Below, piece after piece: positions 11,056-24,307 of a stretch of DNA of 64,000 nucleotides. The DNA is taken from positions 74,679,545 to 74,743,544 of the forward strand of contig NC_068982.1 in NCBI RefSeq assembly GCF_001194135.2. The letters are read 5' to 3'. Origin of the DNA: Octopus bimaculoides. Lineage: Eukaryota. Both the position numbers and the translations under genes were made by a program. The notes below the pieces were generated by a model. The model saw only the letters and a list, made by a program, of their open reading frames with translations, did no database searches and had not been told where the DNA came from. Numbering within the stretch: the first letter of the stretch is position 1; the number at the start of each line of letters is the position of its first letter.

Positions 11056-13557
11056 TTATATAAGTGATACCACATTTTACTTGCTTGTTCTTTCTTTCTT
11101 CTGTATGTCTACCTGTTCAATGATAACTACCAATAACCATTCTTGGTTAGGCAGCTACAACACCACCTTTGTTTTAATTGCAGTTCAAGTCAAAGTTGTG
11201 GTAAATCAAACAGCACTTACTGTACATATCTATTATGTTGCGTCATTAGGTGGAATTTTTTTATACATACTGTGTGTGTGTCTCATCACAGATTTTGCAT
11301 AAGACACATTCCTGCTCGAAGTATTTCACGTTTTTCCGCAGTATTTCTTGCCCCAAATGGCTTATTTTTTATATCTAGCACTATGTCTTTCTCCACTTAT
11401 AAGTTAAGAGTAAAAATAAGCAACCCTGCAAAATACAGCTGATCTTTACACCCAAATGCACAGAATAATAGCAATCAAATAACAGCAGCAAACATCAGTG
11501 ATTTGTCACCTGTACTCTTGACAAGATATGCCAGTTTGTCTTTTACATCGACCAGGCTCGGTCATATTAGCCTTAGTTGCTGGATATTTTTCGTTCCTTA
11601 AAGAATATTGTAGAAAGGAAACTTTTCATAGATTGGAATTTAAATCCTAATCACTATAGAAATTTATTGTTTCAAGAAAACATTGAATTTGAATTACTTT
11701 TAATTTTTACGATTATAGATAACAACTTGGGCTGTAACTTTTGAGCCCAAGTCAGGAGAGAACATCTGCAACAAATGAAATTTTTTGACACAGGGCACGT
11801 CTAAGACATGGAATGAAAATAAATAGACTACCACCAGGTTCAATAAAAGGAGCCCAAGTTATTGGCTGAAATTACTACTTGAAGTCAGTGTTGGCAGAAA
11901 TTAAATCTGCTTGCAAATATGTGAAATACATGTTCACTTTACTAAATTTATACTTGGGCTAATCCCAGACAGCCCAAGCGCTGGAGTTGCCACTGATATA
12001 TATATGTATATACATACATACATACACACGTGTGTGTGTGTGTGTGTAGATATGCATGTGTATATACATACGCATATACATATATGCATACATAGATATA
12101 TGATATGCATGTATATGTGTGTATGAATATATATTGATATGTATGATAAAGAGCTGATAGTAATCTTGTGAAGTTCCCATCGAAAAAATATAAGGAAATT
12201 AGTTAAACATAAAAAACACTCTTGCTTACCTTCAATATTGGTGTTCCAAATTTCATACTGTAATAATAATACATATTCAATGATGAGTCATTGATTAGGA
12301 TATGATGCTCATTTCAACACAAACAGGAAAATAGATCTTTTTTTTTCTCTCTCTGTGACTTTTTCTGTTTGCATCTCACTGTAGCATGGCAACTAATAAA
12401 GGCTTTCTGACCTTCTTTGAACTTACATTTGTATGAAAGGTGAAGTATCTTTTTAACATAAGCAGCTTGAAATCCATTGCTGACCAGGAAGCAATAGTGT
12501 TTATGCATGTAACTGAAAACCTATACAGCTAAATTTGTGTATAACTGTTCTTTGTTTATACTGACAACTACAAAAACAAAAAAACAAAAATACATAAACA
12601 TATATAAAAATATAAGTTTGTTAGATCCCTTCAATGTTTTCTTCCCCTAAAGCCTTAAAACTCAAATGGCCAGTTACCCAGTTTTCAAGGCATACGAGTG
12701 ACCAGTATCACAACTTTTCTCTCTGAATGGGATACCAGTCCCTTGCAAGGTTCAAAGCCAGCAATTTTGAAGGGAAGGGACAAGTCACTCTTGACTGATA
12801 CTTTATTTAATTGACCTCAAAGAGATGAAAGACAAAAATGACCTTGGCAGAATTTGAACTGAGAATGTAAAGAGCCAAAAGAAATGCCACTAAGCATTTT
12901 GTCTGTGCTAAACTCTCTCAAATAAGCATAAGTTATTGCTTCAGTTGAATTATTGTTATTCATGTCATGTATGTAGTAGCAAGATAAATCATATTTAAAT
13001 ATTAAATAATTTCAATTAAAAAAAAATCATTAAAATGGCAGTATTATGTAATCTGTTTTAAACCTTTTGATGGACTGCTAGCATCAGCTAAAATACACTG
13101 CTATTCTAATTTTGAATAAAGTTTAGATAAATGAATATCTTATTTGAAACCAAGTTAAATCTCTAGGAAATATCTAAATGATTTAATCAATTCCTGAAAA
13201 GCATCATCACTACTGAATTTTTGATCTATTCCAAATAATTTATCAATAAATTACTCTAAATATTGAAAGTGTATATATCCGTGTCAACATTGCCTTTGAG
13301 GTTATGGTTATGATTCAATATAGTATCTCCATTTTAGCATTCAATTTCTAAAGGTTGTGTAATAATATAATTTTAATTTAAAGTGTTTTATTGTTTATAG
13401 TATTATTCAATAGTGAGTTATTTGTTCAGTTCTTTTTATAGCATTTCAGCTGCTGTATAAAATCAATCATTTATGTTCAATGGAATGGTAATAATATAAT
13501 CAATATATGGATAGGGAAACTTGTAGAGTTGGGATTTTTTTTTTTTTTTTTTTCTGA

Positions 13558-13885
13558 CATCATCATCATCTAACGTCCACTTTTCAATGCTTGCATGGGT
13601 CAGATGGAATTTGTTGAGGCAGATTTTCTACATCCAGATGCCTTTCTTGTTGCCAACCATCACCTGTTTACTAACAGGTTTACATGAAAGATTAGAAAAT
13701 GAAGGACACTGTTTGCATGATGGTGACTCACAACTATCACATGATACCAAGGCAAGGAAACAGTAGCACACACATACATCAATTCCACTTTTAAAACTTT
13801 GACTTAAGGCTATAAATAGAAGGCATTTGAAGGTGCCAGGCAGTGGACTGAACCCAAAACCATGTGGTTAGGAGACAAACTTCTT
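13558..13885 (-). mobile_element. SINE family 1, long form with LINE-like tail ending in (ATG)n
   Basis: catcatcatc-taacgtccacttttcaatgcttgcatgggtcagatgg ... head remnant at 13850-13885. Confidence 0.75.
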
Positions 13886-14324
13886 ACCACAGCCTATGCC
13901 TTCAATGGAATGATAAAATAATATATGGGTGAATGGAAAACTTAGGGTGTTTGGGATTTTTTATGCTTGAAAATTAAATGAAAAAAAAGCACAAGATACA
14001 AACATATAAAAATAAAAAAAAAAATTTATAATCACTTGTTTAACATAGTTTTCCTTCTTTTCAGTGAGAAGTTTAGAATGTTTTCATTATTACTATAATT
14101 AAAAGGTGGTTGATTGACAGAGATGATATAGTGTTAGACTAAATGCCTTAGAACATTTGGTTTCAATTCTGTGCTTTGCATTCAAATCTTACCACAGTCA
14201 ACTTTGCCTTTCATATCTGTGAAGTAAATAAAATAATAATACCAGCTGCTTTCCTCCTTTCCTATAAATGCATGGACTTGTGCCAAAATTAGAAATTCTT
14301 GTTTATTATTTTTATTAACAGTAC

Positions 14325-14755
14325 GGTGGCTAGCTGATAGAGTTGTTAGCATATTGGATAAAATGCTTAGCAGCATTTCTTCTTAAGTTCAATCCCACTG
14401 AGGTCAACTTTGCCTTTAATCCTTTTGGGGGTTAAGATAAAGTACCAGGCAAGTACTGGGGTTGATGTAATCAACTAATTGCCTCTCCCAAAGTTGCTGG
14501 CTCTGGGCTAAATTTTGAACCATTATTAATATTATTAAGATGACAAGCTGGCAAAATCATTAGCACACCAGATGAAGTGCTTAACATCATTTCTTCCGAC
14601 ACATTATATTCTTGAGTTCAAATTCTGCTAAGGTTGGCTTTGCCTGTCATCCTTCCAGGACCGATAAAATAAGTGCCAGTGAAATACTGGGGCTAAATGT
14701 GATCAACTAAGCTCCACCCCCAAAATTTCAGACCTTGTGCCTATTGTAGAAAAGA
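14325..14755 (+). mobile_element. Two tandem copies of tRNA-derived SINE family 2
   Basis: gctg.caaaatc.ttagca...aaatgcttagc...gagttcaaatt...gaggtcaactttgccttt.atcc...aagtaccag...actggggt. Other copies about 12730-12915(-), 26425-26630(+), 35095-35280(-), 37870-38055(-), 42650-42830(-), 45590-46070(-). Confidence 0.75.
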
Positions 14756-16095
14756 TTATTATTGGTGGTGGTGGTGGTGGTGGTACAAATAATATTAGAG
14801 GTATTGTTGCACATTACCATTACTAGACTCAGTTTGCTTGACTGACAATGAAATTCTCTCTCAAGTACTTTGCAGTAAGCAGTGCGTAGATGGAAAATGA
14901 ATAAAAAGTAGCAAAAATAAAAGCATGTGTCATCAGATCTTGTACACAATGAAGAACAGAAATAGTAAGTAAAATTGGGAATACTAAAGGCTCAGATAAT
15001 TTAGGTTGCAGTAGAAGTCATCACTAGCCACAAATCAAGACAAAAAACTTCCTAAAAGATCTTAAAATGTGAAGCTTATTGCAGATTTCCCAACAATACA
15101 TAAAGTACTGATTGCAATCATCAGCTTCATTTAACATCTATTTTCTATGTTGTCATGAGTTGGATGGTTTAAGGGGAGCTGGCAAGTCAGTGATACTGCA
15201 CCAAGCTCCCGTGTCTACTTTGGCATGGTTTCTATGGGTGGATGCTCTTCTTAATGTCAACTACTTTACAGTATACTGGGTGCTTTTTACATAGCACCAG
15301 CAGCACTGAAGTTAAACACCAGTGCAATATGTGAGAGTTGTTCTTCACTTTGGGAATATTGTAAGATCTCCGCTAAGACAGGAATGAGTGATAAAGTAAA
15401 TGATGATAATAGGATTACACACATAAATTTTTACAATTAGAAGATTATTTGACTGATTTTCAGTACTAGTTCTGTTAGGTAAAGGTCATTAGGCATTTTT
15501 TTTTTCCTTGGTTTCCTTTTATTACTATGGTTTTTGTTGGAGATAAAGTATCTGATAGATGTGCTGTGTAATTGCAAGCATGACTGTATTGTATGGTTAA
15601 GAAGCTCATTTTGCAACTACATGGTTTCAGGTTCAGTTTCACTGCACAGCAACTTGGGCTAATCAATGCCTTGTAAGTGAATTTGATAGCTAAAAACTGT
15701 GTAGAAGCAAGTACCAGACTTAAAAAAGCTATATAGGTTATCTCCCTCTGGTATATATAGTTTTTGGACACAGCATGTTTTTAAGAGATTTTATCTCTGA
15801 TGAAAACTGCAGTATCTTGCCTGTCAACAGTATATATATATATGATACATAGATAGCTGTTTGAAGTTTTGGAATATTTCCTTTGTTATGATTGTGATAT
15901 TAACAAAAAGAATCTTTTTGATGTGTTATATATTGAATGATGTCGACACAGTACCAAGAATTTAATTTGACAAGCTTTCACTAAAATGGGTCATGTTGAC
16001 ATTCTCAATTTGTAATAGTATTTGCTTTTCAGCATAAGTTCTCTAAGCCTTCATCTCATGATATATAAACCAAAACTGAAATAATCTCAGCGTAA

Positions 16096-16270
16096 CCCTT
16101 TTGATACCAATCTGCCTGAGACCACCCTTGATTCTATTATGCAAATTTCATGTTAAATTATGATCCAAACACAGCTTAGTAACAGCAAGGTTATTTTATA
16201 TTATAGTCTTCCCTTATTTTCACAATTAATTGAAATAGTGTTTTTCAACAGAAATATGCTAACAAAACGG
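16096..16270 (+). mobile_element. MITE family A copy
   Basis: cccttttgataccaa start, aacaaaacgg-TTAA end; same core as other copies. Confidence 0.6.
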
Positions 16271-17016
16271 TTAATTGGTTTTAAGATTTCTTGGTAAGAT
16301 ACAATTCTGTATTGTCTTACATAGTACCTATAATTATCTCACTACCTGTAGTAGTAGAGTTTGCTATTTGTATTCTTCCTTTGAATGATCTAGAAAACTA
16401 ACATGAATACGTGAAAAATGAATTATTAATCTTTTATTGATTTTTATCTGTTACAGAATACGATTTAACAAATGAAATGATAGTGGTTTTACTGTAGATA
16501 TAATATAAAGACCTTGGAGAAGTAGAACACTGAACTGAGTACATTAGTCTTGTCTTTTTATCTTCTGAATTAAAACCTAACCTGAGTAGATTTTTAGCCT
16601 CTCATCTTATATGTACAGTTTAAAATATCAAGGTTAATTCAGTGACTGTATCCCACTCCCACCCATTTCAGTATAATGTTATGTGCACTGAAAATAAGAT
16701 ATAAATTTATGGTTAGAAGGAGAAATTATATAATGTTCCATCCCATTTTGACACAATCTTTGAAAAAAAACACCAACATTTAATAGCTTTGTTTTCCCCC
16801 TCCCTTGAAATTATTTAGAATACCATAAATTCATTGTGTAATACATTACTTAGCTAGGATATGTGCAGACATGGCTATGTGGTTGAGAAGTTTGCTTCCC
16901 AATCTTGTGGATTCCAGTTCAATCCTACTGCATGGCACCTTGAGTAAGTGTCTTCTACAATACCCTTGTGAGAGAATTTTGTTGATTGATGCTGAAAGAA
17001 GCTAATCACATTATAT

Positions 17017-17377
17017 NNNNNNNNNNNNNNNNNNNNNNNNNNNNNNNNNNNNNNNNNNNNNNNNNNNNNNNNNNNNNNNNNNNNNNNNNNNNNNNNNNNN
17101 NNNNNNNNNNNNNNNNNNNNNNNNNNNNNNNNNNNNNNNNNNNNNNNNNNNNNNNNNNNNNNNNNNNNNNNNNNNNNNNNNNNNNNNNNNNNNNNNNNNN
17201 NNNNNNNNNNNNNNNNNNNNNNNNNNNNNNNNNNNNNNNNNNNNNNNNNNNNNNNNNNNNNNNNNNNNNNNNNNNNNNNNNNNNNNNNNNNNNNNNNNNN
17301 NNNNNNNNNNNNNNNNNNNNNNNNNNNNNNNNNNNNNNNNNNNNNNNNNNNNNNNNNNNNNNNNNNNNNNNNNNNNN
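17017..17377. other. Assembly gap (others: 9915-9924, 25155-25208, 29333-29700, 34268-34620, 60095-60104, 62944-62953)
   Basis: Runs of N; exons could be hidden in the large gaps. Confidence 1.
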
Positions 17378-17379
17378 TA

Positions 17380-17471
17380 ATACTTATTCTATCGATCTCT
17401 TTTGCTGAACTGCTGATTTACAAGGACGTAAGCACACCGTGTTGTCAAGCGGCAGTTGGGAGACAAACACA

Positions 17472-17506
<35 letters not shown>

Positions 17507-17660
17507 TTCAGTTTCTGTCTACCAAATCCACTCACATGGCTTTGGTTGACCCGAGGCTATAGTAGAAGACACTTGCCCAAGGTGTCACGCAGTGGGACTG
17601 AACCCAGAACCATGTGGTGGAGAAGCAAGCTTCTTATTACACAGCCACTCCTGTGCCTGT
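17380..17660 (-). mobile_element. SINE family 1 copy abutting the maT element
   Basis: ccaaatccactcac...gacacttgcccaaggtgtcacgcagtgggactgaacc...cacagccactcctgtgcc. Confidence 0.8.
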
Positions 17661-18436
17661 ATATTAACCAAAATTATATTAAAATATCTTGGAATACTAA
17701 ACAGTAAATTTATTCAATAAAATTGCCATTGGCTTCAACCATGGCCTCCAGATGACTTTGGAATCTCATGCAACTCTTCTGGGCAGTTTCCTTGTTTAAG
17801 TTAATGAATGCTGCATAACCCTTGCCTTCAGTTCATCTTTGGTTACAAGGAGTTTTGTTGGTCTCTCACTTTAACTGCGCCCCACACATAATAATCAAAG
17901 GGGGTTGCAGTCTGGGGAGTTAGGAGTGATGTGTTCACACAAATTGTCTGACAAACATGACTGGGTTCTGCTGCTTGTGTGGTATGGTGCAGAGTCCTGT
18001 TGCCTGACATAGGGTCTCCCAGCAGCCACCCTCTTGACCCAGGGCAGCACTACCTCCTCCAGGCACTGTATGAGGCCGTGCGGGAAAATGAATGACGGTA
18101 TAACGTCGCCATCACTAGTGATCACTCCAAACACCATGATGTTGACCGGGTGTTTGATTTCTATCACTCTCGGTACATGTTTTGGGGATACTGCAAGCCA
18201 ACGGTTGTTCTCTGTATTCACCATCTGTTCATATTGAGGCTTCTGGCAAGGATGTCAAGTAGTACAGCATGCCATTGCCAAATTTCTGGTAGAGTGAATT
18301 GTGTCATGGTGCTGTTTTTCTCATAGACAGTGCCCAACTGACCCTACTATACTGTGTAGTCAACAAAATCAAAAACAAACTGCACATGCACAAAATTAAA
18401 TATATGAAATGGCGACAATTTACCCATCGCACCCTG
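17661..18436 (-). mobile_element. Internally deleted Tc1/mariner-superfamily element, maT/DD37D-like
   Basis: One TIR (minus strand TA-CAGGGTGCGATGGGTAAATTGTCGCCAT, ending 18436) followed by TA; second TIR not found. Transposase motifs inside. Confidence 0.8.
17710..18307 (-). pseudogene. Decayed DDD transposase (maT/mariner-like)
   Basis: KHPVNIMVFGVITSDG, QQDSAPYHTS, SPDCNP then a frameshift into DYYVWGAV; C-terminus HLEAMVEANGNFIE* with stop at 17710-17712. N-terminal DNA-binding region deleted. Confidence 0.85.
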
Positions 18437-19022
18437 TATATCTTTTCAATAATTGTCTTGGATTACATGACATGATAGTAATATTGCAACCCCCATTTGT
18501 GAGGTGGTGCTAATTGTTTTAATCTTTTTTACTATTGGCAATTTAGACAAGTGTCTTCTACATTAGTGCCAGGCTGCCCAAAGCCTCGTGAGTGGATTTG
18601 ATTGAAAGTAGCCAGTCATATATATATATTTATATGTATTATATTTATGTGTGATCATGTCTTCTCATCTAGACATCATGTGCTAGTTGTAAACAAATGC
18701 CATTGTCATACTTGCAGTGTAGTCCATTTGCAATCTTCTGTCCAACCACTGTGTTGTTCATGTTCAAAGAACTAGAAAAATTATTACCTTGCTTAGAGGG
18801 TTGGTAACAGATCATTTACCTCAACAAGTTTCATCTGACCTATGCAAGCATGGAAAAGTGAGCATTAAAACGATGATGAGGATATTGTTAGTAGGGCTTA
18901 TAAAGGAGGTGGGATTTTTACTTTGATATGAAATTAGATGTTAGCTCTGAGAAATGGCTATGATTTATATTAAACAACATTTGTGAATGGTGGAGTTAAA
19001 TATTTATATATTTGTGTGTATG

Positions 19023-19066
<44 letters not shown>

Positions 19067-19069
<3 letters not shown>

Positions 19070-19470
19070 GTGTAGCTGTGTGGTTAAGCGGTTTGCTTCC
19101 CAGCCACATGGTTTCAGGTTTCAGTTCCAATGTGCAGCACTCCTTAAGCAAGTGTCTTCTACTATAGCATTGGGAGTGGATTTGGTAGACAGGAACTGAA
19201 AGATGCCCATTGTGTATGTGTGTATGTCTGTTTGTCTCCTTTTGTCTTGACATTGTGTGACTGTTGTAAATGTATGTCACTGTCATACAAGCACTGCCAT
19301 TCATTTCCAGTATTCTGTAAGAATATGTCTGATTATGAGGAAATATCATCTTACTTGCAAACAGGTCAAGGTTGACAATAGAAACAGCATCTGGCTATAG
19401 AAAATATGCCTCAATAAACTTTATCTGACCCATGCAAGCTTTGAAAAGTGGACATTAAAACAATGGTAGT
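19067..19470 (+). mobile_element. SINE family 1, long form (another partial copy about 18550-18880)
   Basis: Head, central gtcactgtcatacaagca block, tail tgacccatgcaagc...gtggacattaaa. Confidence 0.8.
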
Positions 19471-19633
19471 GATGTTTGCTTTTCTTTCTTTTTCTAATTT
19501 TTAGTTTATTATTATCAGGAGGCGACACACTGGTGCAGCGAGATATGGTTGGTTGTGTTAGAGATTCTAATTCATAAATAACATTAACTTGGTGAATAGT
19601 TCAACATGCTCATTTACCAGCCCCTACACACAT

Positions 19634-19704
<71 letters not shown>
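19634..19704. repeat. (CA)n microsatellite
   Basis: Direct. Confidence 0.98.
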
Positions 19705-19708
<4 letters not shown>

Positions 19709-20139
19709 CCTTAGAATTGCATTCTTTTAAAAACTGTTATATAGCAATACTGCTTTGTTAAATCTGGAATTTAATACTTGCCAAATGGCCTTATCTGGGT
19801 CGTGTTAACTAGTTGTCTCATCCCCTGATGGCAAGGTAAATACTATGGTTGGATGAATTGAGTAATGCAGATGGATTGCTTGCAAAATTAATTAAATAAG
19901 ATTTATTTCAAAGTTTTCTTCTGGTGTGTGTGCATGCTTTTATTTATTTAATTTTTACCATTTGTAGAATTGTTGACATTCTTTGTGATAAGATAGAGAT
20001 CTTAATGCTTCCATCCATTACCATTTACTGGATATTGTTTGACAATAAATCACACCAACTCTAGCATGTCACTTTTTTTTTAAAAGTGATATTGGTTTCA
20101 ATATTCCATGATGCAGGTATATTTATAATAATCATCATC

Positions 20140-20530
20140 GTCATCATTGTTCAGTGTTTGCTTTTTCCACACTTCCATTGGTGAAATAGAATTTGTTGAG
20201 GCAGATTTTCAATGGCCAGATGCTCTTCCTGTCACCAACCCTCACCTATTTCCAGATATGGTAATATTACCCCATGGTAAACTGGAAACCAACAACATTG
20301 CTTGTATGACAATGATGCTCATTTACAATGTCATCGCATGATGTCAAAACAGTAAAACGCAACACACGTACATAGGTGCAGTAGGCTTCTTTCAGTTTCC
20401 GCCTACTAAATCCACTCACAAGCCTTCAGTTGGTCTCAGGGTATAGTCAAAGGCACTTGCCCAAGTTGCCATGCAATGGAATTAACCCCAAGACCACATG
20501 GTTGGTAAGCAAACTCCTTAGCTACACTGG
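20140..20530 (-). mobile_element. SINE family 1, long form
   Basis: Reverse complement of the 19067-19470 architecture. Confidence 0.8.
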
Positions 20531-21489
20531 TGCCTTGGTATCTTTAGCATCTTTAATTTTTAGGTCCATTGTTTTGTAACAAATATTTCAGTAAATGTTA
20601 TTTTTCTTCCAAATTTAATTTTATGAACATGTGTAGTTCATTGTGATGATATTGTTAGACTTCATAAATAATTTCATTGTTCAGTTCACAATGCACTTCT
20701 GTTGTCTATACTGCTCTTCTCTGGCAGGAATTGCTAGACAATAGACAGTTTCCAAAGTGGAGTTTGATTTGTTTCGCCTCTCCCACCCTCTCTCTCTCTC
20801 TCTCTCTCTCCCTCTCTTCCCTAGCACAATTCAATAGTTGGTGCTTATTGATATGACTCAAACAAAAGTATTGGATGTTGATGTTGAGGTGGTTCAAGTT
20901 TTTTCTTTCTTTCTCCACTAAAAAATTCTCAAGACATTGACAAGTTCACTGTTCGTTACATAAGAATAGGCACAACACTTCTGATATTCTGTAGGTAATG
21001 TATTGGAATAATGTGATGTTCCTAACATGCAAAGCAGATTGACTGTGATCTAACAGTTATGAACAATTAAATTTGCTGTGATTTTTTTTTTCTCCCAAAG
21101 TTAGCTAATTTCATATTTAACCTGTATTACTCAACAGCTTAAGGAGAGATCAGTGAATCCTATTGAACTTGATCCTTATTCCAAGCAACTGAAAGGACTG
21201 AAGTTTTCAGAATGACTAAATATGTATGGTTATGCTTTGGTCTGCATATTAATTGAATATAGAATTAATACTGGAGGTATAGGAAACTTGTTTGTAACGA
21301 AGCAGTTGTGTTTGATACAGGCCTGGCTCTGTGATTAAGAAGTTTGCTTCTCGACCACATAGCGTTGGACTCAGTCCTGCAGCACAGCACCTTGGACAAA
21401 ATGTACTATAGTAAAATTAGACAAGTTCCAATTTTTGACTTGTAGACTATATTGCTTCAACAAAGAAATAGTTTGTTTTGAGGATTTTA

Positions 21490-21870
21490 TGCATAAGCAC
21501 AGACATGATTATGAACGCTCACTTTGCAGCCACTTAGTTTCAAGTTCAGTCCCACTGCATGCACCTTGGGCAAGTGTCTTCTACTATAGCTTCTGGTCAA
21601 TCTATCCCTTGTGACTGAAGTTGGTAGGCAGAAACTGTGAGGAAGCCTGTTGTGTATGTATGTGTCTTTGTGTTTGTTAACTCCCACTACTTGACAAATG
21701 GTATTGGTTTACTTACATTTCTATAACTTTGCAGTTTAGCAAAAGAGATCGATAGAATAGGTACCAGGATTTTTTTAAAATAAGTACTGGGGTTGATTTG
21801 TTTGTCTAAACCCTTCAAGACAGTGCCCCAGCATGGCCATAGTTCAATGACTAAAACAAGTAAAAGATAA
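21490..21870. mobile_element. SINE family 1 head (-) fused to a tail segment (+); head-only fragment at about 21318-21400
   Basis: Family motifs in both orientations. Confidence 0.6.
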
Positions 21871-22114
21871 AACATATTTTCCAGTAAAGCAAGAATTACG
21901 CGTTATTGTTGAACTTGCAGCTTCTCAACTTTCTTTTATTCAAGTTAAAATTAATGTCTATTCAATCATTTCTTTTTTTTTATGTTGATCATAGCTTTTT
22001 CTAGTTTGACATTTGTTCTGATGTTATCAAAGATTTCTACACAAATGTAGTTTTCCATGGCAAATTCAAAAATAATATGTTTTGGAAAAAATAAAAATAA
22101 TAATGAGTCTTTAA

Positions 22115-22472
22115 CCCTTCTGTTATCATATTCTTTTTGAAATTCATTGCCTTGTTTCATTTAATTTCGAAAAATAACAAAGAATTTAGTCAAAAGAATC
22201 TTGCCATTATTTAGCTGGTGTTTTGGAATATAAATTAACATGAAATTTTGATGTTTTAGTTTAGCTCACTTCAACTCTTTTGTTGAAATACACTTTGTTT
22301 TTCAATTAATTCTGAAAATAATGACAAACTTAGTAAAATATCTATGTCATTTGATAGGCTGGTGTTTTAGAACATAAATTAACATGAAACTTGATAGGTT
22401 TTAAATTTAGTATACTTTAAAATAAAGATCAAAGAACCAGGGGCAATCTCAGATGGGTTGGTTTCAAAAGGG
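22115..22472 (-). mobile_element. MITE family A copy with internal duplication
   Basis: TTAA-cccttctgttatca ... ggtttcaaaaggg-tcaa. The block gctggtgtttt.gaa.ataaattaacatgaaa occurs twice. Confidence 0.65.
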
Positions 22473-22813
22473 TCAAACAGAAATTTTTTTTTGTATCTTC
22501 AGCCATTTAAATTTATTTATTCTTGACATCCCATCCAGCAGACAATCACAATTGTTAGTGCCATAGCAACCTATTGAAACTATCATAGGATTAGGGTTTA
22601 GGGTGACTTTCCTTTGTTTTTATTTTTTTTTAAATGCTGATTTTTAGACTACTGAAAGATCTCCAAACGAAAGATGTTTAAATAAGCAAAATGAGAATCA
22701 AGACATTTTTGCTTATTGCTATAATTAAAGATACTATGAGTATACTAAAATATGTAAATAGTGTTTGATTCTCATTTATCCTAGACCACTCAGAATTATA
22801 CAAACTCTCACAT

Positions 22814-22816
<3 letters not shown>

Positions 22817-22892
<76 letters not shown>
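22817..22892. repeat. (TA)n microsatellite
   Basis: Direct. Confidence 0.98.
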
Positions 22893-22896
<4 letters not shown>

Positions 22897-23045
22897 CAAA
22901 AATGGGGCAAGAATGCAAAACATCCAGACAGCTAGGTGATACAAAAAAGGGACAACAAAACATTCAGACAGACGATACAAAGAAAACAAGGACGGGTCAT
23001 TCGGAGTTTTCTTTCCTCAGTCGAGTTCCAGATTATCTTTGCAGC
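22893..23045. mobile_element. Young interspersed-repeat fragment next to (TA)n, possibly Penelope-like
   Basis: Intact CpGs (gacgatac, ggacggg, ttcgg, gtcgag) inside a CpG-depleted region. Class assignment is tentative. Confidence 0.3.
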
Positions 23046-23749
23046 AGCCATGCTATAGCATCACCTTGAATTTTAGTCAAATGAATCTACTTATTCTTTT
23101 TGCTAAGCCTGATACTTATTCTTTCAGTTTCTTTTGCCAAACCAATAAGTTACAGGAATGTAAACACACCAACACCAGTAGTCAGGCAGTGATGCAAGAC
23201 AAAAACACATACAAGTGGCATGTGTGTGTGTATATATATATATCTGTAAAAATATGTGACACTTATTCGGTAGCCATGATAAAACTCCGAGTTTCGGATG
23301 CCGGGGTGGGAGCCCACGCCAACATCTCTCAGTTATCCAGCCATTGAAAATTCCTGCATATATCCAGATCCAGCCAAAAGATACCATCTCAAAAGACAAT
23401 AGGTCTTGGCAAAGCTCTCCAGCTTGCCAGCCCTTGTCAAACCATCCAGCGCATGCCGGTATGCAAAATAGACATTAAATGATTATATATATATATGATG
23501 GATGTATGTACAACAGGCTTCTTACAGTCTCTATCTACCAAATCTACTAGGAAGGCTTTGGTTTTGGCCCAAGGCATCATTCTAAGGTTGTGCTTGTCTG
23601 ATGCAACTGAATCTGGAGCAACAACATGATAGATGAGTCATTTCATAGCACATAGTGGAATTATGTCAGTGATCAAGTCACAGCTGTGTAATGAAAATTT
23701 TGATACTGCATGAAAATAATTGAAGTGAATTTAACAGCTCTTTAGGTCA

Positions 23750-24290
23750 GGTCACTCTTGAGTGCTACTGTCGCATAGTCAGCTCGTTGGCTACTATACT
23801 GGCAACCCCATCAGGCTTGCTTGATGAGGACGGTTATTGTTGGACACCCTGCGGGACAAAAAATAAGACCCATCAAAGGGTGGAAGAACTACTGTGTAGT
23901 CAGCGGCCAATTCAACAAGTACCTTGTCACGGTGAAGTACCTCCATTGAGAGTTATGATGGAGGGAAAGAAATTTTCAGGTAGGTCTTACCAGGCCAGAC
24001 AGGTCGAAGGGTAGGAGTGACAAAACCTTAACGATGATAAATCAAAGCGTAGGCAGCAGGGAATGGATTTAGTTATCAGCAGGACCTAACAGATCAGATT
24101 CCTGGTTTTGAACTAGCAAGATGTCATGCAGAGGATCTTGAATACAAGACAATGGATGAGACCCTAATATTCCTAGTTAGAAGGAAACTGGGACCACATG
24201 GAGCAGTACCCTGTGACTCCTGTAGTACATGCAACCGAAACCCCTATTGGGGCATCCTATGGGACAACCTAGATGTGATGGAAGAGATCA
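23750..24290 (+). mobile_element. Probable RTE-type LINE 5' fragment
   Basis: GC-richer, CpG-retaining block. caggccagacaggtcgaagggtag resembles RTE 5' regions (from memory); no RT motif visible. Confidence 0.35.
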
Positions 24291-24307
24291 ACAGCTCTTC
24301 CACAATT

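Noticed and set aside
16986-17408. Long ORFs spanning N runs (also 29247-29739 and 34229-34880)
   Set aside because: Open only because N codons contain no stops.
22575-22603. TTAGGG-TTTAGGG telomere-like pair and a nearby RFX-like ccatagcaac
   Set aside because: Only two units and an incomplete X-box; expected by chance in 64 kb.
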